Assembly: GCA_039815185.1 (NCBI GenBank)
Contig: JBCBZT010000040.1
Span: 1-64,000 of the forward strand
DNA from: Cyanobacteria bacterium P01_A01_bin.123
GTDB lineage: Bacteria; Cyanobacteriota; Cyanobacteriia; Phormidesmidales; Phormidesmidaceae
Direction of reading: 5' to 3'
Length of the DNA stretch: 64,000 bases
Shown here: positions 62,838 through 64,000 of the stretch, one piece after another
How positions within the stretch are numbered: position 1 is the stretch's first letter
How the letters are laid out: each line of letters starts with the position of its first letter
Notes under the pieces: generated by a model
Databases searched by the model: none
What the model was told of the DNA's origin: nothing
What the model saw: only the letters and a program-made list of their open reading frames with translations
Translations under genes and position numbers: made by a program

Positions 62838-63710
62838 ATGAGTCGTCAGCCTGCTGCTAAAGAACACGTCAAGTTTTGGCGTGACCCTGTGCTGCAAGAC
62901 TTAGAGATGCTGCACGCGACTTATATCACCTATACTTTCTCGCGCCATGCCCACGAAGGATTTGGCATCGCCATCGTAGAGGCAGGGGCAATGGCGTTTG
63001 ACTATCGCGGAGAAACCTATATTGCCCCACCTGGAAGTGTGGTGGTGACCCATCCGGGCGAAATGCACACTGGACATGCTGTGCTCGAAACAGGGTGGAC
63101 CTATCGCACCTTGTTGCCTGCGATCGATTGGTTACAGCAGGCGGCGGGGGAGCTGGCAGAGCGCCCGAGTGCGATTCCCTATTTTGCCTCACCTGTGATT
63201 CACGATAAGCGTCTGAATCAGCGACTGGCTACCCTCCATCGCACCCTTGAAACTTCGCCCTCATCTTTGGAACGAGAGTCTCGCTTTCTTTGGGGGATGG
63301 CAAATTTGGTTCGGAACTATGCCAGCGATCGCCCCTTGGTCAAGTCAATCGGAAAAGAATACCGCGCAGTTCAGCGGATACGGGACTATTTGATGGCCCA
63401 CTACACCACCAATATTTCCCTTGATGAATTAGCAAACCTGGTCGAGCTGACGCCGCTACGATTGCTCAGAACCTTTCGGAAACAGATGGGATTGCCCCCC
63501 CACGCTTACCTCAATCATGTCCGAGTACATGAGGCCAAGCGGCTTTTAGCAGCAGGTTCGTCGATCATTGATGCGGCATTAGCCACTGGATTTACCGATC
63601 AAAGTCATCTACATCGCCATTTCAAAAAAATGCTGGGGATAACGCCGGGGCAATATGTGCGGGGGTGCAAAAACGTACAAGATTTGACGATGCCTCTCCA
63701 GATACGCTGA
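62838..63710 (+). CDS. AraC-family transcriptional regulator
   Basis: Cupin FSRHAH...PGEMH; double HTH with GLPPHAYL and GFTDQSHLHRHF. Confidence 0.95.
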   Translation: MSRQPAAKEHVKFWRDPVLQDLEMLHATYITYTFSRHAHEGFGIAIVEAGAMAFDYRGETYIAPPGSVVVTHPGEMHTGHAVLETGWTYRTLLPAIDWLQQAAGELAERPSAIPYFASPVIHDKRLNQRLATLHRTLETSPSSLERESRFLWGMANLVRNYASDRPLVKSIGKEYRAVQRIRDYLMAHYTTNISLDELANLVELTPLRLLRTFRKQMGLPPHAYLNHVRVHEAKRLLAAGSSIIDAALATGFTDQSHLHRHFKKMLGITPGQYVRGCKNVQDLTMPLQIR

Positions 63711-63736
63711 TGGCATGTCGCAATCAAGCCTATTTT

Positions 63737-64000
63737 ATGTCGGACGCCCATTCTTTCCGTCACACCTCTTCAGCGCGATCGCGCCCTGTCTCTCCGAGAT
63801 CTGAATTTTTGGCAGGGGCACGGGACATCTTTCCCCTGATTGTGGGTGCAATTCCATTTGGCATTATCTTTGGTACCTTAGCCTCCAGCAATGGCCTCTC
63901 CGTGGGGGGCACGCTGGCCATGTCGGCAATTGTTTTTGCAGGCTCGTCCCAGTTTATTGCGGCGGGTATGATTGCGGCGGGTACGGGTTGGCTACTGATT
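63737..64000 (+). CDS. AzlC-family permease (runs off the window end)
   Basis: EFLAGARDIFPLIVGAIPFGIIFG...MSAIVFAGSSQF; ATG at 63737; absent from the ORF track because it is truncated. Confidence 0.85.
   Translation, partial: MSDAHSFRHTSSARSRPVSPRSEFLAGARDIFPLIVGAIPFGIIFGTLASSNGLSVGGTLAMSAIVFAGSSQFIAAGMIAAGTGWLLI

Overview
Chromosomal segment (~50% GC by eye) from a cyanobacterium: the HIP1 octamer GCGATCGC is very frequent, and the gene content points to a filamentous, probably Leptolyngbya-like lineage (inference). The housekeeping backbone has ligA, cyaB1-type adenylate cyclase, lysS, hetZ-patU, an mtnA-like gene, pdhC, ylqD, aas, patD, rel and arsM. There are also a BMP-type ABC/AtzF-C/formamidase nitrogen-scavenging operon and a sugar ABC transporter. 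Two accessory zones stand out. (1) 29.4-39.8 kb: a three-gene candidate immunity/cell-death locus (Trypco1-like small protein, caspase-TIR-AAA_35 ATPase, AAA_35-TM-coiled-coil-TPR receptor), plus an Rpn/DUF4351 relic hit by a 27-bp structured insertion into a HIP1 site. (2) 47.4-54 kb: a nested repeat/MITE/IS110 stack whose bridge-RNA guides can be read against its own ends and target, a caspase-3xGUN4 gene, a RAYT relic next to a REP, and an internalin-like LRR protein. I found no rRNA, tRNA or CRISPR array. All calls come from reading motifs by eye; no database searches were run.
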